This document shows, piece by piece, positions 23,325 to 31,064 of a stretch of DNA of 34,149 nucleotides. Location: contig JBKPQU010000434.1 of the NCBI GenBank assembly GCA_046734255.1, positions 1-34,149 of the forward strand. The letters run 5' to 3'. This stretch comes from Actinomycetota bacterium (GTDB lineage Bacteria; Actinomycetota; Actinomycetes; Actinomycetales; Kineosporiaceae). The notes beneath the pieces are model-generated. The model made no database searches. It was not told the DNA's origin and was given only the letters and a program-made list of their open reading frames with translations. The position numbers were made by a program, and so were the translations under genes. The stretch's first letter is position 1, and every line of letters starts with the position of its first letter.

Positions 23325-25967
23325 TTGCCGGCGACCCATCACCTCCGGGAGCTTTCCCTGGGGCCCCCGCCTGCCGATACCCCACAAGTGGGGCAGGACC
23401 GGGTAGACGGCGTCCTGCGCCGGGCCCTTGCCGCCCCGGCGCCGCGCATCGTCGCGCTCAGCGGCGTGCTGCTCGCGGCCGCCGCCCTGCTCTGGTCGCT
23501 CCCCCTGGCCCGGACCCAGCCGCCGCCGGACACGACGTGGCTGTCCTGGTGGGGCATGGCCGCCACCGCCCTGGTCTGCGAACTCGTGGTGCTCCACCTC
23601 CAGGTGCGCCGCGAGGCCCATGCGATCTCCCTGGGCGAGCTCGCCTCGGTCGTGGGGCTGTTCCTGGCCGGACCCGCGGCGTTCGTCCTGGGACGGACGG
23701 CCGGGTGCGCGCTGATCTTCATCGGCTGGCGGCGCCAGCCCCCGGTCAAGGCGCTGTTCAACTGCTCGCTCTACCTGGCCGAGTCGGTCCTGCTCGAGCT
23801 GGTCTTCCACGCGGTCCGTGGCAGCGACGCGCAGGTCGACCCCAGGGGCTGGCTGGCCGCGCTGGTGGCCACCTCCGTCGCCGGGGTGGTGTCCGCGATC
23901 GCGGTGACCGCGGTGATCGCGGTGGTCGACGGGCAGCCCCGGCGGCGGGACTTCGTCACCGAGCCCGCCCGGGGGATCCTGACCTCGGCCGGCGTGACCT
24001 GCGTCGCACTGGTCGCCGTCCATGCGCTGGACGGCGACCCGCTGGCCGCGATCCCGCTGGCCGCCAGCCTCTCGCTGCTGCTGCTCGGATACCGCGCGTA
24101 CAGCGGGCTGTCCGAGCGGCACCTGAGCCTGGAGCGGCTCTACCGCTTCAGCAACGTGGTCAGCAGCACCCCGCAGGTGGACCAGATCCTGCGCGAGGTG
24201 CTCCGTCACGCCCGGGAGGTGCTGCGCGCCGAGCACGCCGAGGTGGTCTTCGTCTCCTCCCAGCCTGGCCAGTCGCCGGTCCGCGTCGACAGCGATGCCG
24301 CCGGGCAGCTGCGTCGGGTGCGGCTGTCCGAGCCCGAGGCCGCGGACCCGGTCTGGAACCGCGTGGTCGAGGGGGGCTCCTCGCTGCTGGTCCCCCGCGG
24401 CATCCGCGATCCCGGCCTGCGGGCCTTCCTGGCCTCGGGCGAGCTGCGGGACGCGGTGCTGGCACCGCTGCGCGGTGAGGCCGGCATCGTCGGGACCATC
24501 CTGGTCGGCAACCGGTTGGGCGAGGTGCGCACCTTCGACGCCGACGACCTGCAGCTGCTGGAGACCGTCGCCAACCACGCCGGGATGGCCATGCAGAACG
24601 GCCAGCTGGTCGACCGGCTGAAGCACGACGCGCTGCACGACGCGCTGACCGGGCTTCCGAACCGTTCGATGCTCACCCGGGCACTGACCGAGGCGTTGGG
24701 CGAGGTGCGCGCCGGCGGGACCCCCGGCCTCGCGCTGATGGTCGTGGATCTGGTCGGGTTCAAGCAGGTGAACGACACCCTGGGACCGGGGCCGGGTGAC
24801 CAGGTCCTGCGCGAGATCGCCGTCCGGATCGCCGCCCAGGTGCAGGAGGAGATGGACGCCGGGCACGCCGACGACCGGCTGAGCATCGCCGCCCGGCTCG
24901 GCGGTGACGAGTTCGCCCTCCTCCTCGTCGGCGTGAGCGAGCCCGACGCGGCCCGCGAGGCGGCGCTGCGGCTGCAGGCCACCCTGGAGCGCCCGGTGCG
25001 CATCGACGGGATCGACGTCGGAATCGGCATCTCGCTCGGCGTCTGCCTGGCTCCCGAGCACGGGCGGGACGGTGCCGCGCTGTTCAAGCACGTCAACGCC
25101 GCCATGTACCAGGCCAAGCACACGGGCGTGGGCCTGCTGGTCTACGAACCGGGGATGGACGGCGACAGCGACCCGGAGCGGCTGGCTCTGGTCGGCGAGC
25201 TGCGGCAGGGCATCCAGGACGGCGACCTCGAGGTGCACGTCCAGCCGCAGGCGTCGCTGCGCCGTGGCGAGATCATCGGAGTGGAGGCGCTGGTCCGCTG
25301 GCGGCACCCGCGGCACGGACTGCTGTTCCCGGACGAGTTCATCCCGCTCGCCGAACGAAGCGGGCTGATCCGGCCGCTCACCATCGCCGTCCTCGAGCAG
25401 GCCGTGGCCGCGTGCGGCCTGTGGCTGAGGTCCGGGCGAACGCTGTCGGTGGCGGTCAACCTGTCCGCCCGCAGCCTGGAGGCCGACCTGATCGAGTCGG
25501 TGGAGCGCCTGCTGGCCATCCACCGGGTGCCCGCACAGGCGCTGACCTTGGAGATCACCGAGAGTTCCGTGATCAGCGACCCGGTCCGGGTCACCGAGGT
25601 GCTGGAACGCCTTCACGCCCTCGGCATCCGCCTCTCGATCGATGACTTCGGTACCGGGTACTCCTCGCTGTCCTACCTGCGCCAGCTCCCCGTGCAGGAG
25701 GTCAAGGTGGACAAGAGCTTCGTGATGACGATGCGCCAGCAGCAGGACGACGCCACCATCGTCCGCTCGATCGTCGACCTCGCGGCCAACCTCGGCCTGA
25801 GCGTGGTGGCCGAGGGTGTCGAGGACGCCGCCACGTGCGAGGACCTCGCGGCCATGGGCTGCGACCTCATCCAGGGCTACTTCCTGGCCCGCCCGATGCC
25901 CCTGCGTGACTTCGAGGTGTGGCTCACCGAGCACGCGGGCAGGCTGGTCACCTCCGGCCTCACCTGA
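23325..25967 (+). CDS. membrane-anchored GAF-GGDEF-EAL protein (c-di-GMP synthase/phosphodiesterase)
   Basis: N-terminal about 250 aa with multiple TM helices. GAF-like region (LREVLRHAREVLRAEHAEVVFV...GTILVGNRLGEVRTFDADDLQLLETVANHAGMAMQN). Intact GGDEF (ARLGGDEFALLL, no RxxD I-site seen). Intact EAL domain (GVEALVRW, NLSARS, EITES, DDFGTGYSSLSYL, KVDKSF, EGVE, QGY). TTG 23325 is the track start; the true start is uncertain. Confidence 0.9.
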   Translation: MPATHHLRELSLGPPPADTPQVGQDRVDGVLRRALAAPAPRIVALSGVLLAAAALLWSLPLARTQPPPDTTWLSWWGMAATALVCELVVLHLQVRREAHAISLGELASVVGLFLAGPAAFVLGRTAGCALIFIGWRRQPPVKALFNCSLYLAESVLLELVFHAVRGSDAQVDPRGWLAALVATSVAGVVSAIAVTAVIAVVDGQPRRRDFVTEPARGILTSAGVTCVALVAVHALDGDPLAAIPLAASLSLLLLGYRAYSGLSERHLSLERLYRFSNVVSSTPQVDQILREVLRHAREVLRAEHAEVVFVSSQPGQSPVRVDSDAAGQLRRVRLSEPEAADPVWNRVVEGGSSLLVPRGIRDPGLRAFLASGELRDAVLAPLRGEAGIVGTILVGNRLGEVRTFDADDLQLLETVANHAGMAMQNGQLVDRLKHDALHDALTGLPNRSMLTRALTEALGEVRAGGTPGLALMVVDLVGFKQVNDTLGPGPGDQVLREIAVRIAAQVQEEMDAGHADDRLSIAARLGGDEFALLLVGVSEPDAAREAALRLQATLERPVRIDGIDVGIGISLGVCLAPEHGRDGAALFKHVNAAMYQAKHTGVGLLVYEPGMDGDSDPERLALVGELRQGIQDGDLEVHVQPQASLRRGEIIGVEALVRWRHPRHGLLFPDEFIPLAERSGLIRPLTIAVLEQAVAACGLWLRSGRTLSVAVNLSARSLEADLIESVERLLAIHRVPAQALTLEITESSVISDPVRVTEVLERLHALGIRLSIDDFGTGYSSLSYLRQLPVQEVKVDKSFVMTMRQQQDDATIVRSIVDLAANLGLSVVAEGVEDAATCEDLAAMGCDLIQGYFLARPMPLRDFEVWLTEHAGRLVTSGLT

Positions 25968-25977
25968 CGGCTTGCTC

Positions 25978-26006
25978 GAGGCCCACGGCGTGACACCGTG
26001 GGCTTC
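25978..26006 (+). terminator. hairpin terminator after the GGDEF-EAL gene
   Basis: GAGGCCCACGG (25978-25988) pairs with CCGTGGGCTTC (25996-26006): 11 bp including one G-U, 7-nt loop, 11 nt after the stop. Weak T content follows (CTCT). Confidence 0.5.
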
Positions 26007-26103
26007 CTCTGCGTCGAGTGCGACGTCACCGGGCCCTGCCGCGGCTGACGCCCGGGGAAGGTCTCACTCGCGCGGCCCGGAGCCAGGGCGGGAGGATGCC
26101 ACG

Positions 26104-27336
26104 ATGAGCGACGCCGGCTACGACTGCGTGGTCGCAGGCGGCGGGCCGGCCGGGTTGATGGCCGGGCTGCTGCTGGCGAGGGCCGGGTGCCGCGTGCTCG
26201 TCTGCGAGAAGCACGCCGACTTCCTGCGCGACTTCCGCGGCGACACCGTGCACACCTCGACGTTGCGGGTGCTGGACGACCTCGGCCTGGGCGAGGCCTT
26301 CGCCGGGCTGCCGCATCACGTCGAACGGCGCCTCCGGATGGAGCTCGACGACGGCGGTTTCGCGCTCGCCGACTTCACCTGGCTGCCCGGGCACCGGCAC
26401 ATCGCCTTCGTCCCGCAGTGGGACCTGCTGGAGTTGCTCGCCCGGGAGGCCGCGCGCTGGCCGGGCTTCGAGCTCCGGCGGAACGCGGAGGTCATCGACC
26501 TGCTACGGGACGGCGAGCGGGTGCGCGGCGTCCGGGTCCGGCAGGAGGGCGGGGAGGTGGAGGTCCGTGCGCGGCTGACGATCGCCGCGGACGGTCGCGG
26601 CTCCGTGCTGCGCGAGCGGGCCGGGCTGCCGCTGCAGACCCTCGGCGCCCCGATCGACGTCCTGTGGTTCCGGTTGCCCCTGGCCGCGGGAGACCCGGAC
26701 AGCTCCCTGCTGCGGCTGTCGGTCGGCACGCTCGCCGTGATGATCCAGCGCGAGGGGTACTGGCAGTGCGCGTTCGTCGTCCCCAAGGGCGGTGCGGCTG
26801 AGCTCCTCGACGGCGACGCGGAGCCGCTGCGCCGCCGGTTCGGCACCGCCCTGCCGGCGTTCGCCGGTCGCGCAGGAGCCCTGCGCGCGAGCGATGTCCG
26901 GGTCCTCGACGTCCGGCTCGACCGGTTGCGGCGCTGGTGGCTGCCCGGGCTGCTGTGCATCGGGGACAGCGCGCACGCGATGTCGCCGGTCGCCGGCGTC
27001 GGGATCAACCTCGCCGTGCAGGACGCCGTCGCCACCGCCAACCTGATCGCCGATCCGTTGCGCGCCGGTGAGGACGTCGACCCGCTGCTTCCCCGGCTGC
27101 AGCAGAGGCGCCGGCTGCCGACCGAGCTGACCCAGCGCCTCCAGGCCGCGGCGCACGACCGGCTGCTCACCCCCTGGGTGGTCGAGCGGCAAGACACGAG
27201 CCTGCCGCTGCCGCTGCGCCTGCTGCGCCGCCTCCCCCTGCTGGCGCACCTGACCGGGTGGTTCATCGGGACGGGGGTCCGCCCGGAGCGGGTGCACTCG
27301 CCGGTCGTGGTCGCCAGGACCTACGCCGGGTCCTGA
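26104..27336 (+). CDS. FAD-dependent monooxygenase (UbiH/PHBH-type fold)
   Basis: ATG 26104 behind GGGAGGA. The product starts MSDAGYDCVVAGGGPAGLMAGLLLARAGCRVLVCEK (GxGxxG), then AADGRGSVLR and GDSAHAMSPVAGVGINLAVQDA. The track ORF start at 25816 lies inside the preceding gene. Confidence 0.85.
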   Translation: MSDAGYDCVVAGGGPAGLMAGLLLARAGCRVLVCEKHADFLRDFRGDTVHTSTLRVLDDLGLGEAFAGLPHHVERRLRMELDDGGFALADFTWLPGHRHIAFVPQWDLLELLAREAARWPGFELRRNAEVIDLLRDGERVRGVRVRQEGGEVEVRARLTIAADGRGSVLRERAGLPLQTLGAPIDVLWFRLPLAAGDPDSSLLRLSVGTLAVMIQREGYWQCAFVVPKGGAAELLDGDAEPLRRRFGTALPAFAGRAGALRASDVRVLDVRLDRLRRWWLPGLLCIGDSAHAMSPVAGVGINLAVQDAVATANLIADPLRAGEDVDPLLPRLQQRRRLPTELTQRLQAAAHDRLLTPWVVERQDTSLPLPLRLLRRLPLLAHLTGWFIGTGVRPERVHSPVVVARTYAGS

Positions 27337-27351
27337 CGCCGCGGGTCCGCC

Positions 27352-28155
27352 TCAGCCGCGGTCGGCCACGGGGTTGGCCAGCACGCCGATCCCCTCGATC
27401 TCCACCTCGACCCGCTGGCCCGCGACCATCGGACCGACCCCGGCCGGCGTGCCGGTGAGGATGACGTCCCCCGGCAGCAGCGTGAAGGCCGCCGAGGCGT
27501 GCACGACCAGCGTCGGGACGTCGAACAGCAGGTCGGACGTGCGCGCGTCCTGCACGGTGACGCCGTCCAGCCGGGTGGTCACCCGAAGGTCGGAGACGTC
27601 GAGGTCGGTCACGATCCAGGGACCCAGCGGGCAGAACGAGTCGAACCCCTTCGCCCGCGCCCACTGCCCGTCCCGGCGCTGCAGGTCCCGCGCGGTGACG
27701 TCGTTGCCGCAGGTGTAGCCGAGCACGACCGCGTCGACCCGCTCCCGCGGGACGTCCTTGCACAGCCGGCCGATGACGACCGCCAGCTCCCCCTCGTAGT
27801 CCACCTGCGAGGAGACCCGCGGGCGGAGCACCGGGTCGTCCGGCCCGATCACCGAGGTGTTCGGCTTGAGAAAGATCAGAGGTTCCGGCGGCGGCTCGTT
27901 GCCCAGCTCCGCGGCGTGGTCGGCGTAGTTGCGGCCGATGCCGATCACCTTGCTGCGCGGGATCACCGGCGCGAGCAGGCGGACGTCTGCGAGCGGGATC
28001 CGCTCGCCGGTGACCTGGACCGGAGGGTACAGCGGGTCTCCGGTCATCACCGCGAGCGCCTCATCACCCGGATCGCCCTCGATGAGCCCGTACCGCGGGC
28101 TCTGACCGGCCGCCGTCCCCGAGGCGTCGAGCCGCACGAACCTGGCGATGCGCAC
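27352..28155 (-). CDS. fumarylacetoacetate hydrolase (FAH) family protein
   Basis: KVIGIGRNYADHAAELG, IFLKPNTSVIGP, VDYEGELAVVIG, GYTCGNDVTARDLQ, GDVILTGTPAGVG are full-length FAH-family blocks. Same position as the FAH-type gene next to gltS in mycobacteria (from memory). Confidence 0.9.
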   Translation of the reverse strand: MRIARFVRLDASGTAAGQSPRYGLIEGDPGDEALAVMTGDPLYPPVQVTGERIPLADVRLLAPVIPRSKVIGIGRNYADHAAELGNEPPPEPLIFLKPNTSVIGPDDPVLRPRVSSQVDYEGELAVVIGRLCKDVPRERVDAVVLGYTCGNDVTARDLQRRDGQWARAKGFDSFCPLGPWIVTDLDVSDLRVTTRLDGVTVQDARTSDLLFDVPTLVVHASAAFTLLPGDVILTGTPAGVGPMVAGQRVEVEIEGIGVLANPVADRG

Positions 28156-28226
28156 GGCCCGAACCTACCCCTGGCGTCCGGGACGGTTACCGTCGTGCCG
28201 AGGGTCGCGGCCAGCGGGGAGCGAGG

Positions 28227-29135
28227 GTGATGGCAGGGACGCGCGCGAGTACGGCGTGCCTGGAGCCGGCGGTCTGGCTCGACCTCGAGCGCGCCCATCA
28301 CGCGGTGGTGGACCGCCTGGTGGCCGGCCACCTGACCCGGTCCTCCCGCGGCGAGAAGCATCCTGTCGAGGACTTCCTGTTCAGCTACTACTCCTTCTCC
28401 CCGGCCAAGCTGCGCCGCTGGCACCCCCACCCCGGGACGGTCCTGCTCGGGGACGCAGCCGACCGGCGGCTGGAGTGGCCGCACCACGTGCCGGTGACGA
28501 CGGGCAGCGGGCCCGGTGTCGTCCTCGACGTCGACGGCTACCTCGCCCGGCGCGCACCCCTCGTGCGGTGGGTCCGCACGCTGCTGACCGCCACCGCATC
28601 CCGCCCGGCGCAGCTGAGCTGCTTCGGGCTGCATGAGTGGGCGATGGTCTACCGGCTCCCCGCCGAGGGCGTGCGGCACGCGGGCTGGCCGCTGCGGCTC
28701 GGCCCGGCCGGAACGGACGCCGTGGTCGAGCGGCACCGGATCCGGTGCACCCACGTCGACGCCTTCCGCTTCTTCGCCGAGCCCGCGCGCGGCCTGAACG
28801 CCGTCCAGCCCACCCGGGCCGAGCAGCTGGACCACGAGCAGCCGGGGTGCCTGCACGCGACGATGGACCTGTACAGGTGGGCGTACAAGCTCGCGCCCGC
28901 GGTGCCCAGCGAGCTCCTGCTGGCCTGCTTCCTGCTGGCCCGGGACGTCCGCGAGCTGGACATGCGGGCCTCGCCCTACGACCTGTCCCGCCTGGGCTAC
29001 CGCCCGGTGCCGATCGAGACCGCGGAGGGCCGGGCGGCGTACGTCGGTGCGCAACGCGAGTTCGCCGAACGGGCCGTGCCGCTGCGCACCCGGCTGGTCG
29101 ACGTCTGCGACGACCTGCTGGCCGGCGGCGGGTGA
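28227..29135 (+). CDS. conserved hypothetical protein (family with FGLHEWAMVYR motif; I recall some database entries labelling it 3-methyladenine DNA glycosylase, unverified)
   Basis: 302-aa ORF. EDFLFSYYSFSPAKLRRWHP, FGLHEWAMVYR, HRIRCTHVDAFRFF, GCLHATMDLYRWAYKL. Function not established from sequence alone. Confidence 0.6.
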   Translation: MMAGTRASTACLEPAVWLDLERAHHAVVDRLVAGHLTRSSRGEKHPVEDFLFSYYSFSPAKLRRWHPHPGTVLLGDAADRRLEWPHHVPVTTGSGPGVVLDVDGYLARRAPLVRWVRTLLTATASRPAQLSCFGLHEWAMVYRLPAEGVRHAGWPLRLGPAGTDAVVERHRIRCTHVDAFRFFAEPARGLNAVQPTRAEQLDHEQPGCLHATMDLYRWAYKLAPAVPSELLLACFLLARDVRELDMRASPYDLSRLGYRPVPIETAEGRAAYVGAQREFAERAVPLRTRLVDVCDDLLAGGG

Positions 29136-29145
29136 CGGGCCCGGC

Positions 29146-30726
29146 TCAGCGCCGGGGAACCCCCTGCCGGAGCAGGCCGTAGACCAGCCCGTCCCGCAGC
29201 GCCCGCCAGGACGCCTCGACGATGTTGGGGCCCACGCCGACCGTCTCCCACGAGGTGTGGCCGTCGGTCGTCTCGATCAGCACCCTGGTGACCGCGTCGC
29301 TGCCGTGCGAGGAGTCGAGGATGCGCACCTTGAAGTCGATCAGCTCCAGCCGTTCCAGCTCCGGGTAGACCGGAGCCAGCGCCAGCCGGAGCGCGTGGTC
29401 CAGGGCGTTCACCGGTCCGTTGCCCTCGCCGGTGGCAACCAGCCGCTGCGACCCGGCGTGCAGCTTGACCGTCGCCTCGGACACGGCCTCCGCGCCCGGC
29501 CGGGACTCGGTGATCACTCGCCAGCTCTCCACCTCGAAGTACTCCGGCCGGGCTCCATTCACCTCCTCGTGCAGCAGCAGTTCGAACGAGGCGTCCGCCG
29601 CCTCGAACGTGTAGCCCGCCGCCTCCATGGCCTTGACCCGGTCGGTGACCCGGGTGACCAGGTCCCGATCGCCGGTCAGGTCGAAGCCGAGCTCCCTTCC
29701 CTTGAGCTCGATCGACGCGCGCCCGGCCATGTCGGAGACCAGCATCCGCATGTCGTTGCCGACCGTTGTGGGGTCGGTGTGCTGGTAGAGGTCGGGGTCG
29801 ACCCTGATCGCACTGGCGTGCAGCCCCGCCTTGTGGGCGAAGGCGCTCGCGCCGACGTACGGCTGCCGGGAGTACGGCGGGACATTCGTGATCTCGCTGA
29901 CCGCGTGGGCGATCCGGGTCGCCTCGGCCAGCTTGCCGTCGGGCAGCGCCCGGCGGCCGAGTTTCAGGTGCAGGTTCGCCACGACGGCGACCAGGTCGGC
30001 GTTCCCGGTGCGCTCGCCGTAGCCGTTCAGCGTCCCCTGGACGTGCATCGCCCCCGCGCCGACCGCGGCCAGGGAGTTCGCGACCGCGCAGCCGGTGTCG
30101 TTGTGGCAGTGGATGCCCAGCGGCGCGCCGGTCAGCCCTCCCACCGTGTGGACGACGTCGGCCACCTCGGCTGGCAGCATCCCGCCGTTGGTGTCGCACA
30201 GCGCCACGACCTCCGCCCCGGCCTCGATGGCGGCGCGCACCACCTCGACCGCGTAGGCGGGGTCGAGCCGGTACCCGTCGAAGAAGTGCTCGGCGTCCAG
30301 GAACACCCGCCGGCCCTCGTCGCGGAGGAACGCCACGGTGTCCCGGACCATCGCGAGGTTCTCCGCCGGGGTGGTGCGCAGGGCCAGCTCCACGTGCCGG
30401 GCGTCGCTCTTGGCCACCAGCGTCACGACCTGGGCGAGCGAGTCGACCAGAGCCCGGACCAGCGGGTCGTCGGCCACGGCGACGCCGGGCCGGCGGGTGG
30501 CGCCGAACGCGGCGAGCGTGGCGTTCTTCAGCCGCAGGTCCGCGGCCGCGCGGCGGAAGAACTCGGTGTCCTTCGGGATCGCCCCCGGCCACCCGCCCTC
30601 GATGAACCCCACGCCGAGATCGTCCAGGTGCCGCGCGATCGCCAGCTTGTCCTGCACCGAGAGGGACAGGCCCTCCTGCTGCGCGCCGTCGCGCAGCGTG
30701 GTGTCGTAGACGTGGAAGTCGCTCAT
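29146..30726 (-). CDS. cimA: (R)-citramalate synthase (LeuA/CimA family, long form with C-terminal LeuA-dimer regulatory domain)
   Basis: MSDFHVYDTTLRDGAQQEGLSLSVQDKLAIARHLDDLGVGFIEGGWPGAIPKD..., HCHNDTGCAVANSLAAV, GTLNGYGERTGNADL. 526 aa, typical of the actinobacterial CimA subgroup. Confidence 0.85.
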   Translation of the reverse strand: MSDFHVYDTTLRDGAQQEGLSLSVQDKLAIARHLDDLGVGFIEGGWPGAIPKDTEFFRRAAADLRLKNATLAAFGATRRPGVAVADDPLVRALVDSLAQVVTLVAKSDARHVELALRTTPAENLAMVRDTVAFLRDEGRRVFLDAEHFFDGYRLDPAYAVEVVRAAIEAGAEVVALCDTNGGMLPAEVADVVHTVGGLTGAPLGIHCHNDTGCAVANSLAAVGAGAMHVQGTLNGYGERTGNADLVAVVANLHLKLGRRALPDGKLAEATRIAHAVSEITNVPPYSRQPYVGASAFAHKAGLHASAIRVDPDLYQHTDPTTVGNDMRMLVSDMAGRASIELKGRELGFDLTGDRDLVTRVTDRVKAMEAAGYTFEAADASFELLLHEEVNGARPEYFEVESWRVITESRPGAEAVSEATVKLHAGSQRLVATGEGNGPVNALDHALRLALAPVYPELERLELIDFKVRILDSSHGSDAVTRVLIETTDGHTSWETVGVGPNIVEASWRALRDGLVYGLLRQGVPRR

Positions 30727-30764
30727 CAGTGCTCTCCGGTCTGCCGGGTCCGGACCGCCGCACG

Positions 30765-30794
30765 AAAAAGACCCCTCGCGGGATGCGAAGGGTC
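30765..30794 (-). terminator. intrinsic terminator / attenuator 38 nt upstream of the cimA start
   Basis: Minus-strand RNA GACCCUUCGC-AUCCC-GCGAGGGGUC followed by UUUUU (10-bp stem with one G-U; arms 30785-30794 and 30770-30779; U-tract 30765-30769). Confidence 0.6.
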
Positions 30795-30823
30795 TGCGCG
30801 TCGGCGGTGCCTGGACGTCGTCC

Positions 30824-30883
30824 TCAGGCGGTGCCGACGCGCCTGCCGATAATGATCACCTGGGTGATCGTGGCCGTGCGCAT
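30824..30883 (-). CDS. candidate Ile-rich leader peptide (19 aa) of cimA
   Basis: ATG CGC ACG GCC ACG ATC ACC CAG GTG ATC ATT ATC GGC AGG CGC GTC GGC ACC GCC TGA = MRTATITQVIIIGRRVGTA. The stop lies 29 nt before the terminator stem. Codons 14-17 (GCGCGUCGGC) are the exact complement of GCCGACGCGC (30796-30805), which abuts the terminator. Confidence 0.5.
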   Translation of the reverse strand: MRTATITQVIIIGRRVGTA

Positions 30884-30951
30884 GACGCCGCCCAGTGTGC
30901 CACATCCCCGGACCGCCGCGCGCACCCCATCCGCGTGACGCGCGCCGACCA

Positions 30952-31054
30952 CTTGCTCACCGGACGCCGCTTTGCTCACCCGCCGCCGTCCCCGAAGTGG
31001 CCGCAATCGTTTGCCAGCGGCGTCCACCGAGCAAACCGGCGTCCGGTGAGCAAG
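30952..31054 (-). other. 103-nt long inverted repeat / hairpin immediately downstream of ilvE
   Basis: CTTGCTCACCGGACGCCG (30952-30969) is the exact reverse complement of 31037-31054. It extends, across one C/C mismatch, by TTTGCTC (30971-30977) / GAGCAAA (31029-31035), and further by CGCCGC/GCGGCG. It begins 10 nt after the ilvE stop. Confidence 0.6.
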
Positions 31055-31064
31055 CCGAGGGCGG

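Noticed and set aside
22230-25934. 1234-aa minus-strand ORF. Other very long ORFs are 11954-14737 (+), 9-1256 (+), 5289-6881 (-), 5315-6907 (+), 14797-16212 (-), 16396-17928 (-), 20051-22105 (+), 28997-30763 (-), 29047-30852 (+) and 32735-34060 (-).
   Set aside because: They are antisense or off-frame to genes with clear homology. Their products are Arg/Gly/Pro/Ala-rich low-complexity sequence with no motifs. This is the typical stop-codon-poor artefact of high-GC DNA.
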